From a virus: a DNA stretch of 64,000 nucleotides. The stretch is taken from IMG/VR virus record IMGVR_UViG_3300045988_159421. One strand, given 5' to 3'. Of the stretch, positions 47,778 to 56,637 are shown one piece after another. The position numbers and the translations under genes are program-made. The notes beneath the pieces are model-generated. The model saw nothing but the letters and a program-made list of their open reading frames with translations. It had not been told where the DNA came from and did not search any database. Each line of letters opens with the position of its first letter. Positions within the stretch are counted from its first letter, which is position 1.

Positions 47778-47906
47778 AAAAAAACAACCGCTCTTGATGA
47801 GGGTTAAGAGCGGTTAGGGAGTATTGTTTCATACCATAAATTCTAATGATAAACAATATACTAGAAATATTTTAGGAATAAAAAAATATAATCTTAGATA
47901 ACTATA
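47778..47906 (-). ncRNA. candidate sRNA 2 (box-C promoter to terminator, about 130 nt)
   Basis: Terminator AACCGCTCTT-N10-AAGAGCGGTT plus GTTTTTTT at 47778-47815. Contains the CU-rich ACTCCC. Confidence 0.55.
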
Positions 47907-47912
47907 TTATTA

Positions 47913-47956
47913 ATGATACTACTGTTTTTTCAAAACTTCAATCGGAACATATTCCT
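47913..47956 (-). promoter_or_regulatory. box-C promoter
   Basis: AGGAATATGTTCCGATTGAAG-N17-TATCAT on the minus strand. Confidence 0.6.
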
Positions 47957-47965
47957 AATTAACAA

Positions 47966-48058
47966 TAAAAAATAACTACCTCACAGATGGAAAGGTAGTT
48001 ATTCTTTAAGAAAGGAGTACTTATATTAGTAATATAGCTAAAACTTTAAGTCTTATAC
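47966..48058 (-). ncRNA. candidate sRNA 3 (box-D promoter to terminator, about 90 nt)
   Basis: Terminator AATAACTACCT...AGGTAGTTATT plus TTTTT at 47966-48002. Contains the anti-SD-like ACTCCTTTCTT. Confidence 0.55.
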
Positions 48059-48064
48059 AATATA

Positions 48065-48108
48065 AGATTAACACCTTTCATTTCCAATTACAATCGGAAC
48101 ATATTCCT
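48065..48108 (-). promoter_or_regulatory. box-D promoter
   Basis: AGGAATATGTTCCGATTGTAA-N17-TAATCT on the minus strand. Confidence 0.6.
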
Positions 48109-48268
48109 ATATATTTTTAGGGTATGAAACTATAACTGTAGATTAATAAGAAAACGTACTTTGACAAGTGAATATAAAATTTATTACTTAAAATAACTTT
48201 AACTGTGGAAATTATAACTTTAATTGTGGTATAATAAGGTATATTTATTAAAGGAGGAAGATTCTTTT

Positions 48269-48823
48269 ATGGATAAAAAAAGTATAGAATTTTTAAAAGA
48301 ATTACAAAGTGAAATGCTAACACAAAATGAAATACTAACACAAGGTACTAGTAATCTTAGATTTTGGGTGGTAACAGACGAAAGAAAAATATATAGTGAA
48401 GATGATTATGACGGTCAAGAAATAATATTTGAGGGGGACGTAATAGGAGAAAACCTAAAAGATTTATGTGATTTTTTAGTTGATTATGATGATAAAATTA
48501 GAATATCATACAATAAAGAAAATGACTATGTAGAATTTTTAGACAAAGATGGGCATAAAACTACATTATTTGAAGTAGAAGGACTTGTAGATTATTTAAA
48601 TAATGAATTAGATTATGATATACATTTAAATAATTATAAAATAGAAGAAATTATAGTACCAAATACAATGTTTTTAACTTTGAGAGAATGCAGAGAACAT
48701 ATTAAATCAAACGAACATCATTATAACAAACCATCTGCTTATGGGATGTCAGCAGAGAAAAGCTCTCAAGCAAAACAATTATATAATATACTATTAAAAA
48801 CTAATTGGGATGAAGTAAAATAA
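48269..48823 (+). CDS. hypothetical acidic protein translationally coupled to a transposase gene
   Basis: ATG 48269 after AAGGAGGAAG. 184 aa. Stop is 1 nt before the transposase ATG. Preceded by TGGTATAAT and a direct repeat ATAACTTTAAYTGTGG x2. Confidence 0.5.
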   Translation: MDKKSIEFLKELQSEMLTQNEILTQGTSNLRFWVVTDERKIYSEDDYDGQEIIFEGDVIGENLKDLCDFLVDYDDKIRISYNKENDYVEFLDKDGHKTTLFEVEGLVDYLNNELDYDIHLNNYKIEEIIVPNTMFLTLRECREHIKSNEHHYNKPSAYGMSAEKSSQAKQLYNILLKTNWDEVK

Positions 48824-48824
48824 T

Positions 48825-50138
48825 ATGAATATACTAAATTTACCAGAATTTGAAGTTTTAGACACAATACAAGATGACCATGATATGACGGTAATAGTAA
48901 GACCAGTTAAAGCGCCTGTGGCTTGCCCAGAGTGTGGTGGAGTTGAATATTATAAGCATGGTAAATCCAAACGATTTGTAAGGGATTTAAATAGCTTTGG
49001 CAAACGAGTAGGGATTGAAATACATACACACAGATATAAATGCAGATACTGCGGTACTACATTTAGTCAACATTACAAAAGTATTGACGATAGAGATAAA
49101 ATCACTATTCGTTTAAGAGAGCAAATAGAAAAAGAATCCCTTAAAAAGCCATTCGCCAATATAGCAGAAGAATATAGTGTTTCTCCTACTACAGTAAAGA
49201 GAATATTTAATGCTTACATAGAAAGGTTAGAAAAGGATATGACATTCCTCACTCCAGTTATATTAGGTATAGACGAAGCACATCTAAATAAAAGCATGAG
49301 AGCCGTTTATACCGATATAATTGGACGTAAGGTATTGGATATCCAGCCAAGCCGTAAGAAGTCCGATGTAAAGGCTTTTCTGAGTAAATTGCCTAACAAG
49401 GAGAATATAGAAGTAGTAACCATAGACATGTGGAGATATTACAAAGAGGCAGTATATGAGGAGTTGCCAAAAGCTCAGGTAATAGTTGATAGATTCCATG
49501 TAATACAATTAGTTAACAATGCTTTAGAAGGTGAGAGAAAGTCATTTAAAGGCTCTTTAGACAGAAAGCAAAGGTCTAAGTTGTTAAAAGATAGATTCTT
49601 GCTACTGAGGAATAAAGAGGATTTAAATGCTAGACAGATTTGGGATATGCAACTAATGTTTTTAGACTTTCCACAGTTAAAGTTAGCCTATGAGTTAAAG
49701 GAACAATTTAGGGATATCTATAAACACGATAACCGAGAAGATGCTCTAAGGGCTTATGAGGACTGGAAGAAGGCAGTACCAAAGGATATGAAATACTATC
49801 AAGATGTTATTAAAACAGTTGATAACTGGCAGTATGAGATATTTAACTACTTTACTTGTAGAATCACAAATGCTTATACAGAGAGTTTAAACAACTTGAT
49901 TAAGAACATCGAGAAAGCTGGTAGAGGTTACTCTTTTGAGGTACTTAGAGCAAAGGTGCTATTTGGTACAAGTGCTACTAGAAAACCTAAATACACAAGA
50001 GCAAATACAAGTAACAAAACATATACATTTACTACGGCATTTAGTTGGAATGATTTCGTAGGAAGTACAAAATTAACAGAAGGATTTGGAGTAGATATTC
50101 CACAACTACTAGAGGTATTAGAGAGTGATAAGTTTTAA
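48825..50138 (+). CDS. ISL3-family transposase (second, divergent copy)
   Basis: 437 aa. LNLPEFEV N-terminus, CPECGG...CRYCGT zinc finger, GIDEAH...VVTIDMW...DRFHV DDE region. Confidence 0.75.
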   Translation: MNILNLPEFEVLDTIQDDHDMTVIVRPVKAPVACPECGGVEYYKHGKSKRFVRDLNSFGKRVGIEIHTHRYKCRYCGTTFSQHYKSIDDRDKITIRLREQIEKESLKKPFANIAEEYSVSPTTVKRIFNAYIERLEKDMTFLTPVILGIDEAHLNKSMRAVYTDIIGRKVLDIQPSRKKSDVKAFLSKLPNKENIEVVTIDMWRYYKEAVYEELPKAQVIVDRFHVIQLVNNALEGERKSFKGSLDRKQRSKLLKDRFLLLRNKEDLNARQIWDMQLMFLDFPQLKLAYELKEQFRDIYKHDNREDALRAYEDWKKAVPKDMKYYQDVIKTVDNWQYEIFNYFTCRITNAYTESLNNLIKNIEKAGRGYSFEVLRAKVLFGTSATRKPKYTRANTSNKTYTFTTAFSWNDFVGSTKLTEGFGVDIPQLLEVLESDKF

Positions 50139-50149
50139 TTCACTCTCTT

Positions 50150-50506
50150 TTATTTTCCACACTTAAAGTTGTATACCCTATTTTTATAAGTAAATTTTAC
50201 AAAAGTTCCGTTTTCAGTTTTAGCCTTAACTCTGGCAACTTCTGTTGTTTCATCTATTTCTAAACTTTTAATCGCTTGAATAACCATATTTGTTTTACAG
50301 TTTTTAGTTTTAAATTCAATAATATCATCTGTATATTTTACAGTTGCATTTGACATGCTAAAATCCACTCCAGAAATAGTTAATACATATACACTAACTT
50401 TTTCTCCTTCAAATGGCTCTAGAAATTTTTTAATTTCCCATTGTTCAACTAATTTTTTAATGTTATTATTTTTCATTTTTCTTACCCCTTCTCTAATTAA
50501 TATCAT
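50150..50506 (-). CDS. hypothetical protein
   Basis: 118-aa ORF. Confidence 0.4.
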   Translation of the reverse strand: MILIREGVRKMKNNNIKKLVEQWEIKKFLEPFEGEKVSVYVLTISGVDFSMSNATVKYTDDIIEFKTKNCKTNMVIQAIKSLEIDETTEVARVKAKTENGTFVKFTYKNRVYNFKCGK

Positions 50507-50647
50507 TCAACTTTAAAACCTAAATAGTCGGCAAAAATAGTCCCTGTCATGTCGATTGTCCCTGTCTCTCTTAAAAACTATTTTTTATTTAGAGTAGAGG
50601 CTTTAGCATTTTTTATATTGTTTTTAATCCACTAGGGTAGTGGAAAT

Positions 50648-51106
50648 TTACCCTAGTAATTCATATAATCGTTGTTGTCTTTCATACTCTTTTAAAGCCT
50701 TTTGAGATTTATTTCTAAACTCTAATCTTAGATTCGATCTTCTACAATTTTCAGGATTATTATCTTTGAATACTATTTTAAAAAATCTTGTATTATATGC
50801 TCCAAAGAATCCTTCGTAAACTAATTTATGAACTGGAATATTTTTTCTTTTACCATTTTGGACCAATGTTACAGTTTTATATCTATGAGTATAAAAAACT
50901 TTCAGCTCTTTCCAAACAACACTTCCATAATCAATTTTATCTAGTGTTTGATGCTCAAATCTTTTCTTGCTGCTAAATACTCTTCCAAAACTTGTTATGT
51001 AATAATCATCAAAGTTTGTAACTGGAACAGCATCTTCACCTATAAATAAATAATCTTTAATTGTATCTTTCATCAAGTTCTTCCAGTTGCTCTCTGTTAT
51101 ACTCAC
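50648..51106 (-). CDS. HNH homing endonuclease (NUMOD4 plus HNH_3-like)
   Basis: YYITSFGRVFS (NUMOD4-like) and PVHKLVYEGFFG. Confidence 0.55.
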   Translation of the reverse strand: MSITESNWKNLMKDTIKDYLFIGEDAVPVTNFDDYYITSFGRVFSSKKRFEHQTLDKIDYGSVVWKELKVFYTHRYKTVTLVQNGKRKNIPVHKLVYEGFFGAYNTRFFKIVFKDNNPENCRRSNLRLEFRNKSQKALKEYERQQRLYELLG

Positions 51107-51707
51107 GATAATCCTCCCCTCTTAAAACTCTATCTTCAATATATTTGTCAAATTCCTCTGTGCTTTCAAATTTATATCTAGTTTTCTTTGCAAATTTATA
51201 TCCTTCTGCATGTGCTTGTCTTTCTGCTTCTGTAATGATAATATCTATTCTTTTCATAATGTCTTTATATAGATCTTCGTTCATTTCCGCATCATGCTTT
51301 GCACAATTAGAAAGTAATTTATCTATTTTTAGATAGTTACGAGCAAATACTTTACTTCTAATAAACTCGTAGTTGTGTGAAGTTACTGCATGCGGTTTTG
51401 TGTTTCTTTTAATATAATCTTCTACTTTTTTATCTTGTTTTTCTTTATAAACATCACTAATAGGTTTAAAAGGTTCATAATCTCTTAAAAATAATCCCTC
51501 TATGACCTTTATAAGCATTTTTAAAAGATTAATAACTAAATATAAGCTAAATCTACAAAATTTTATTACAAGGGCAAATACAACCTCAAACCATGAATTA
51601 TATTCAGTTTTTTCTTTATATCCTTCTAAATGTTCTTCTTTGCTTAAAATATAAGTTGCTTTTGTTTTTTTATCTCTATCTAATATTTCTATACTATCAT
51701 TTTGCAT
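51057..51707 (-). CDS. membrane-associated hypothetical protein
   Basis: 216-aa ORF with one hydrophobic segment (WFEVVFALVIKFCRFSLYLVINLL). Confidence 0.4.
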   Translation of the reverse strand: MQNDSIEILDRDKKTKATYILSKEEHLEGYKEKTEYNSWFEVVFALVIKFCRFSLYLVINLLKMLIKVIEGLFLRDYEPFKPISDVYKEKQDKKVEDYIKRNTKPHAVTSHNYEFIRSKVFARNYLKIDKLLSNCAKHDAEMNEDLYKDIMKRIDIIITEAERQAHAEGYKFAKKTRYKFESTEEFDKYIEDRVLRGEDYREYNREQLEELDERYN

Positions 51708-51891
51708 TCCAACCCCTCCAATCTAAAATTTTAATTGCAAGTGATCTTAAAATTGGATTAGAATACAAAAAATCTTTTATTTCTTCCTCTTTTCTTTTTA
51801 TTGCCTTTTCTTCATCTGACAATACATCGACAAAAAATATTTTTTCTAAATTCATATTATCGTCGAACATTTTGACTTTATGTCTTCTCAT
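51697..51891 (-). CDS. small hypothetical protein
   Basis: 64-aa ORF with RBS GGAGGAAGGGG. Confidence 0.4.
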   Translation of the reverse strand: MRRHKVKMFDDNMNLEKIFFVDVLSDEEKAIKRKEEEIKDFLYSNPILRSLAIKILDWRGWNAK

Positions 51892-52186
51892 TATTCTTCC
51901 CCTTCCTCCTGGAGAAAAACTATGTTATAATTTACTTGCTACGGTTAGTTATAACATAGTTGTAACTTCCAGGGTCGCTCATCTTTGTGTGGGCGACTTT
52001 TTTATTTTATTTTTTCATTTCAACATCTAAATAGATGCTAGAATACTTACTTTTACCTCTACTTTTATAAGCCTGTGATTGACTTATAATTTCAAATTCC
52101 TTTTCTAACTTTTTAATAGCCTCTTCTAATTCTTCTGGTCTTTCATAGTTATATGTAATTCTTATCTTTAGCATATTATCACCCCC

Positions 52187-53314
52187 TTATTTTGGAATAT
52201 CTAAATTATTATTTAAAGCATAATTTATTACCCTTTCTTGAGAAAATTCACTTAAAGAATTTAAACCATTTTCAATTGCTGTTAAATATAATTTTCTTTC
52301 TATGTTACTACTGTTATTATTGTAATTATTAGATTTAGATTCTATATGTTCATTTTTAACTCTTCTAAGTTTGTTTTCTAATTCTTCTGGACTATAATTT
52401 TTATAATGTTCATTAAATGTATCATGATACTTTGTTAAAGGTTTTTTATTTTCTTTTCCAGTATCTTTTGTAACAGTTTTTCCTTTGTCTTTTTTATTTT
52501 GTTTTTTATTTTTAAATTCTGCTTGATCCTTTTGATAATCATCTAAAGTTACTATATTTTTTTTATCTAGATTTTCAAAAACTTGTTTCATATAAGCATA
52601 TTTTTTATTAACACTTTCTTCACTTGCTGCTATAAAAACTTGTTCAAATACATCTAAATCAAATTTATTTGCATATTCTAAAAGTAGTTTTTTAGTATGT
52701 GGCATAAATCTTTTTTCAATTTTAAAAGACTTATATAATTCTATAAGTTTTGTTTCTTTTTCAACACCAACAACAACTTCATTTTCTTTATTAATATAGT
52801 TGTTATTATTATTTTCTTTATTAGCGTATCGAAAATCGGTATCGCAGAAATTGGTATCCCTATTTTCGGTATCCCAGTTTTTAGGATTACGGTGAGATGT
52901 AGTGTTTTCAACGCTTTCATCGTTATTAGTTTTTTCGCTTACGTTCATATTTACGTTATCGTTTACGTTCGTAATATCTACGTTTTGTTTTTCGCTAAAA
53001 ACTTCGTATAAATAACCATTTGTAAGGTTACCGTTTTTTAGAGGTGTTCTTTTTATATAACCAACCTCTATAAGCTTATTTAAGCCATTAGATACTCTAG
53101 TTTTACTTACTCCTAATTGAGTAGCTAAGCCTTGTATACTTATTACGTGATTTGGATTAGATATATATTGTAAAATCTTTGCAAATACAAAAAATGCATT
53201 TGGGCCTAATAAATTCATATCGTTCATAATTTCATTTGGAATAACTGTAAAACCTTTGGCTAGTTCTGCGCTTGCTATAAATTTGGATTCATTGCTACTT
53301 TCGAACTTAGACAT
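52187..53314 (-). CDS. plasmid-type replication initiator (wHTH N-terminus, internal iterons, DnaD-like C-terminus)
   Basis: The likely start is ATG 53314 after AGGAGGG. FTVIPNEIMNDMNLLGPNAFFVFAKIL...GVSKTRVSNGLNKLIEVGYIK. Central DNA repeats GGTATC x3 and TTACGTT x4. C-terminal DnaD-like segment. Confidence 0.6.
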   Translation of the reverse strand: MSKFESSNESKFIASAELAKGFTVIPNEIMNDMNLLGPNAFFVFAKILQYISNPNHVISIQGLATQLGVSKTRVSNGLNKLIEVGYIKRTPLKNGNLTNGYLYEVFSEKQNVDITNVNDNVNMNVSEKTNNDESVENTTSHRNPKNWDTENRDTNFCDTDFRYANKENNNNNYINKENEVVVGVEKETKLIELYKSFKIEKRFMPHTKKLLLEYANKFDLDVFEQVFIAASEESVNKKYAYMKQVFENLDKKNIVTLDDYQKDQAEFKNKKQNKKDKGKTVTKDTGKENKKPLTKYHDTFNEHYKNYSPEELENKLRRVKNEHIESKSNNYNNNSSNIERKLYLTAIENGLNSLSEFSQERVINYALNNNLDIPK

Positions 53315-53507
53315 ATCTATTTCCCTCCTATGTTGAATTTTATCGATTTGTAGCAATTTTTATCTATCTTAAAGAATTGAAAATATAATAAATGCATGAT
53401 ATAATATAAATACAATATTGATATATGTGATACAAGATAGACCTACTTTGCTACAGTTTCTGTACAATTTGATTGTTGGCGCGATCAAAAAGTAGGTTTT
53501 TTTATGT

Positions 53508-53663
53508 TTATTTTTCTTTATTTTTCATGTAATTAATAAGGATATTCTCTGCAAATTTTGACATTGATTTATATCCTTCCTTTTCCATTAACTCTTTTAA
53601 AAGAGCCTTGTCTGCTTTTGAGAGTTTCACATTTATTCTTGTATTGTCTTTTGAAACAGCCAA
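53508..53663 (-). CDS. ribbon-helix-helix (CopG/Arc-like) mini-protein upstream of rep
   Basis: TTG start after GGAGG. Translation (M)AVSKDNTRINVKLSKADKALLKELMEKEGYKSMSKFAENILINYMKNKEK. Below the track cutoff. Confidence 0.45.
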   Translation of the reverse strand: MAVSKDNTRINVKLSKADKALLKELMEKEGYKSMSKFAENILINYMKNKEK

Positions 53664-53968
53664 ATAAAAAACCTCCTATCTGTAAAGTGTGTCACTTCTC
53701 TTTTTAAAAAGTGTATCACTTTAAAAAACAAAAATCAATATATAATTCTAAAATAATAATATTGGTTAAGATATTAACATTATTTTAACTATAAACAACA
53801 TTTTAATAAAATATTAACTAAAATATATATTAATATATTAACAAAATTTAAACAATAATTAAGATGTTATTAATATTTAAACTATTTTATTGACTTTTGT
53901 ATTTTTTTATCATATACTTTAATTAAGATATTATTAAAATATCAACTAACATTAGGAGGGATTTATAT

Positions 53969-54892
53969 ATGGCTAAAAAAGATGTTCAATTTATAGGCTT
54001 TGATGGTGGTAGAGGTTACATTAAGGCTTATACAGAAGTAGATGGAGAGGCAAAACAAACAATATTTAAGTCAGTATATGGTGATGGACGTTCAGGTAAA
54101 GTTGACTTTGAAAATTACGAAAAACCTAAATACTTAAATATAGAAGGTGAAGACTATTTCGTTGGTTTATTAGCAGAAAGAGAATCTTATTCTTCTATAA
54201 GAAATTCACAAGATTCAAAAACAAGTGATACTATGAAGATATTATTTGCATCAGCATTAAACGATATAGCAGTAAAAGATACTGTAAAAGTGGTATTTGG
54301 AGTTCCATATAAAAACTATAAGAAATCAGTATTAGCTGACATAGTAAATACATATAAAGGCGAAACAATCACTATAAAAGACAATATAACAAATGCAACT
54401 AAGAAAATATTTATAGAAGATGTAACAATCGCTAGAGAGGGCGATGCGGCTTTATACTATGCTATTAATGGAAAGGTAAATAAAGATAAGCCAGTAGGAC
54501 TTGTTAACGTTGGTTTCAGAACTATGGAACTATCATATTTTGATAAAGGTTTCCAATTTAATGACAGATTATCTAATACTGTTGAATACGGAAATAGTAC
54601 AATGCTAAAAATAATACAAGATAATTTAATGGCAAGTGGAATTGCAAAAAGTGTAAACGAAATAGATAGTTCTGATGATTATGATCTACTTAAAAAGAAA
54701 GCATATAAATTAGGTTCTGAAAAAGTAAATCAAATAGTAGAAGAAAATTGGATAAACAAAGATGAAATGAAGTTATATTTAGCAGGTGGAACTTCTTTAA
54801 ATCTTGAACCTTCTGATGACTTTGATAGAGTTGATAATTCTCAAATGGCTACTGCAATTGGATTATTTAAGTTTGCAAAATTAAAATTTTAA
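53969..54892 (+). CDS. parM: ParM-like actin-family plasmid segregation ATPase
   Basis: FIGFDGGRGYIK phosphate-1 motif, VNVGFRTMEL, and C-terminal YLAGGTSL. 307 aa. Confidence 0.7.
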   Translation: MAKKDVQFIGFDGGRGYIKAYTEVDGEAKQTIFKSVYGDGRSGKVDFENYEKPKYLNIEGEDYFVGLLAERESYSSIRNSQDSKTSDTMKILFASALNDIAVKDTVKVVFGVPYKNYKKSVLADIVNTYKGETITIKDNITNATKKIFIEDVTIAREGDAALYYAINGKVNKDKPVGLVNVGFRTMELSYFDKGFQFNDRLSNTVEYGNSTMLKIIQDNLMASGIAKSVNEIDSSDDYDLLKKKAYKLGSEKVNQIVEENWINKDEMKLYLAGGTSLNLEPSDDFDRVDNSQMATAIGLFKFAKLKF

Positions 54893-54904
54893 AGGTGATT
54901 AATT

Positions 54905-55198
54905 ATGGCAAAAAAATCAAGTACAGTATATATAGAAGAAAATTTTTGGGATATGATAAGCAAGTTTCAAGCAGAAAGAGATTTATCAAGCAGAAATGAT
55001 GCAATACAAGTAATATTAAGTGAGTGGAATATCCTAAAACAAATTGACTTCAACAATATACAAGTTAATGTAAATATCGGTGATGTTTCACAAGTTGTTA
55101 GACAAATAGAAAATACAGAACTAACAAAAGAAGAAAATGAAGACCAAAGAATTATAAAAGAAACTCTTCTTAAAATGGAAGAAGAAATGCCTGATTAA
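54905..55198 (+). CDS. parR: ParR-like RHH centromere-binding adaptor
   Basis: 97 aa immediately downstream of parM. N-terminal RHH-like STVYIEENFWDMISKFQAERDLSSRNDAIQVILSEW. Confidence 0.5.
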   Translation: MAKKSSTVYIEENFWDMISKFQAERDLSSRNDAIQVILSEWNILKQIDFNNIQVNVNIGDVSQVVRQIENTELTKEENEDQRIIKETLLKMEEEMPD

Positions 55199-55204
55199 AA
55201 AGAT

Positions 55205-55237
55205 AAGCTAAGGTTTCAGATAGCCTTAGCTTTTTTG
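55205..55237 (+). terminator. intrinsic terminator after parR
   Basis: AAGCTAAGG...CCTTAGCTT hairpin plus TTTTTTG. Confidence 0.6.
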
Positions 55238-55340
55238 TTTATTCTCAACCGAATCAAGTAGCCTACTAATAGGTCATATGAGTGGTTTTTTCTTGTCTAA
55301 AATAAAAAAGCTAGAGGAGAGTATCCCCTAGCTTTTAATA

Positions 55341-55384
55341 TTATCGGTCGCTTATCGGTCGCTTATCGGTCGCTTATCGGTCGC
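55341..55384. repeat. four perfect tandem 11-bp repeats TTATCGGTCGC
   Basis: Read directly. The last unit forms the inverted repeat TATCGG/CCGATA with 55387-55392. Confidence 0.95.
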
Positions 55385-55395
55385 GTCCGATAGAA

Positions 55396-56274
55396 TTATT
55401 TTTCAAATACTTCTACATATTTTGGGCTGGCAGTGATATATACTCCTGATTTTAATTTATACATATCTGTTCCAGTTCTTTTAATTTTTTCTGTAATTGT
55501 ATAAACTCCACCAGCAGTAACTTTACCAATAGTATTTTCTTCTGTAAAGTCAGCTTTGCTATGTATATTTACATCCTTTAGTATTTTAACGTACTCAACT
55601 TTAGTAGCTTCTTCTTGCTTTTCTGCTATATAAGTTACTCCGAAGTATTCGCATACCGCCTTACAAACGGCCTCAGCACATTTTTCTTGATGTTTTTTAT
55701 CAAGCATAAGTTTTGCTTCATTCCAATAATCCATAAAACCATACTCGATTAATATTGCTGGCATTGTTGTTTGTCTAAGTATAGCTAATGTAAATCCACT
55801 CATATCTACATCTTTCATAAGTCCGTAGCTATATTCATAATCTATGTCCTTTTCAAGATGCTTAACTGCTAAATTACCTAATTTAATAGAGTTAGAAGAA
55901 GAATTTTTAGTATGCATAACTAATAACCCTTTAACTCGAGTTTGCCATTTAGCACAGCTTCCTATTGCATTATAGTGATTTGAAATTAATATATCTGCTT
56001 TAGCTTTATTAGCTTTACTTGCTCTAGTAGACAAGGCAATATCTGTTTTACCTGTCATATCTGCAGTAAACATTGTATCTATACCACATCTCTTTAGCGC
56101 AGCAGCTAGATATTCACTTACACCTCTGTTCCATTCATTTTCTTTTATGATCTTTCCTTTTGCTCTTACTAATTCATTATCTATATACAAATTTTTTGAC
56201 ATTGGTACTGATTGTTTACCTTCTGTATGCATACCATGTCCTGCATCTATAGCTACTAAATATTTTTTACTCAT
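55396..56274 (-). CDS. endolysin: N-acetylmuramoyl-L-alanine amidase (Amidase_3) with a C-terminal binding domain
   Basis: VAIDAGHG and ISNHYNA motifs. 292 aa. Lies downstream of the holin genes. Confidence 0.85.
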   Translation of the reverse strand: MSKKYLVAIDAGHGMHTEGKQSVPMSKNLYIDNELVRAKGKIIKENEWNRGVSEYLAAALKRCGIDTMFTADMTGKTDIALSTRASKANKAKADILISNHYNAIGSCAKWQTRVKGLLVMHTKNSSSNSIKLGNLAVKHLEKDIDYEYSYGLMKDVDMSGFTLAILRQTTMPAILIEYGFMDYWNEAKLMLDKKHQEKCAEAVCKAVCEYFGVTYIAEKQEEATKVEYVKILKDVNIHSKADFTEENTIGKVTAGGVYTITEKIKRTGTDMYKLKSGVYITASPKYVEVFEK

Positions 56275-56369
56275 AATAACACTTCCTTTTCTAAAAATAA
56301 AAGATGCTTAAAAAAATCTACATTTATATCGAATTTCTAAGCACCTTACAGTTTATAAAATATTTATAT

Positions 56370-56627
56370 CTATTGTTCTATTAAATTCTTAAATGCCTGA
56401 TGTAATCCCGTAGATGCTAGTCCACTTAAAAGCCCTCCTAAGAAAATATTCATATCAAATGATTTAGATATTGATATGTTTAATACAACACCTAATACAG
56501 CCATTATGAAAGGAATATACTTATTAGGAATAAAATCAAAGCTAGTTTTTATAACATATCCTATTCCACAACAACCTAATACAACTCCAATGACTAAATA
56601 ACTATTAATAACATTTAAATCTATCAT
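56370..56627 (-). CDS. holin
   Basis: 85 aa with three hydrophobic helices, immediately upstream of the endolysin gene. Confidence 0.6.
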   Translation of the reverse strand: MIDLNVINSYLVIGVVLGCCGIGYVIKTSFDFIPNKYIPFIMAVLGVVLNISISKSFDMNIFLGGLLSGLASTGLHQAFKNLIEQ

Positions 56628-56637
56628 AATTAACCTC

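Noticed and set aside
53700-53960. AT-rich repeat region upstream of parM as a replication origin
   Set aside because: The repeated ATATTAAC motifs directly precede parM and fit a parC centromere/promoter. The better iteron candidates for an origin lie inside the rep gene.
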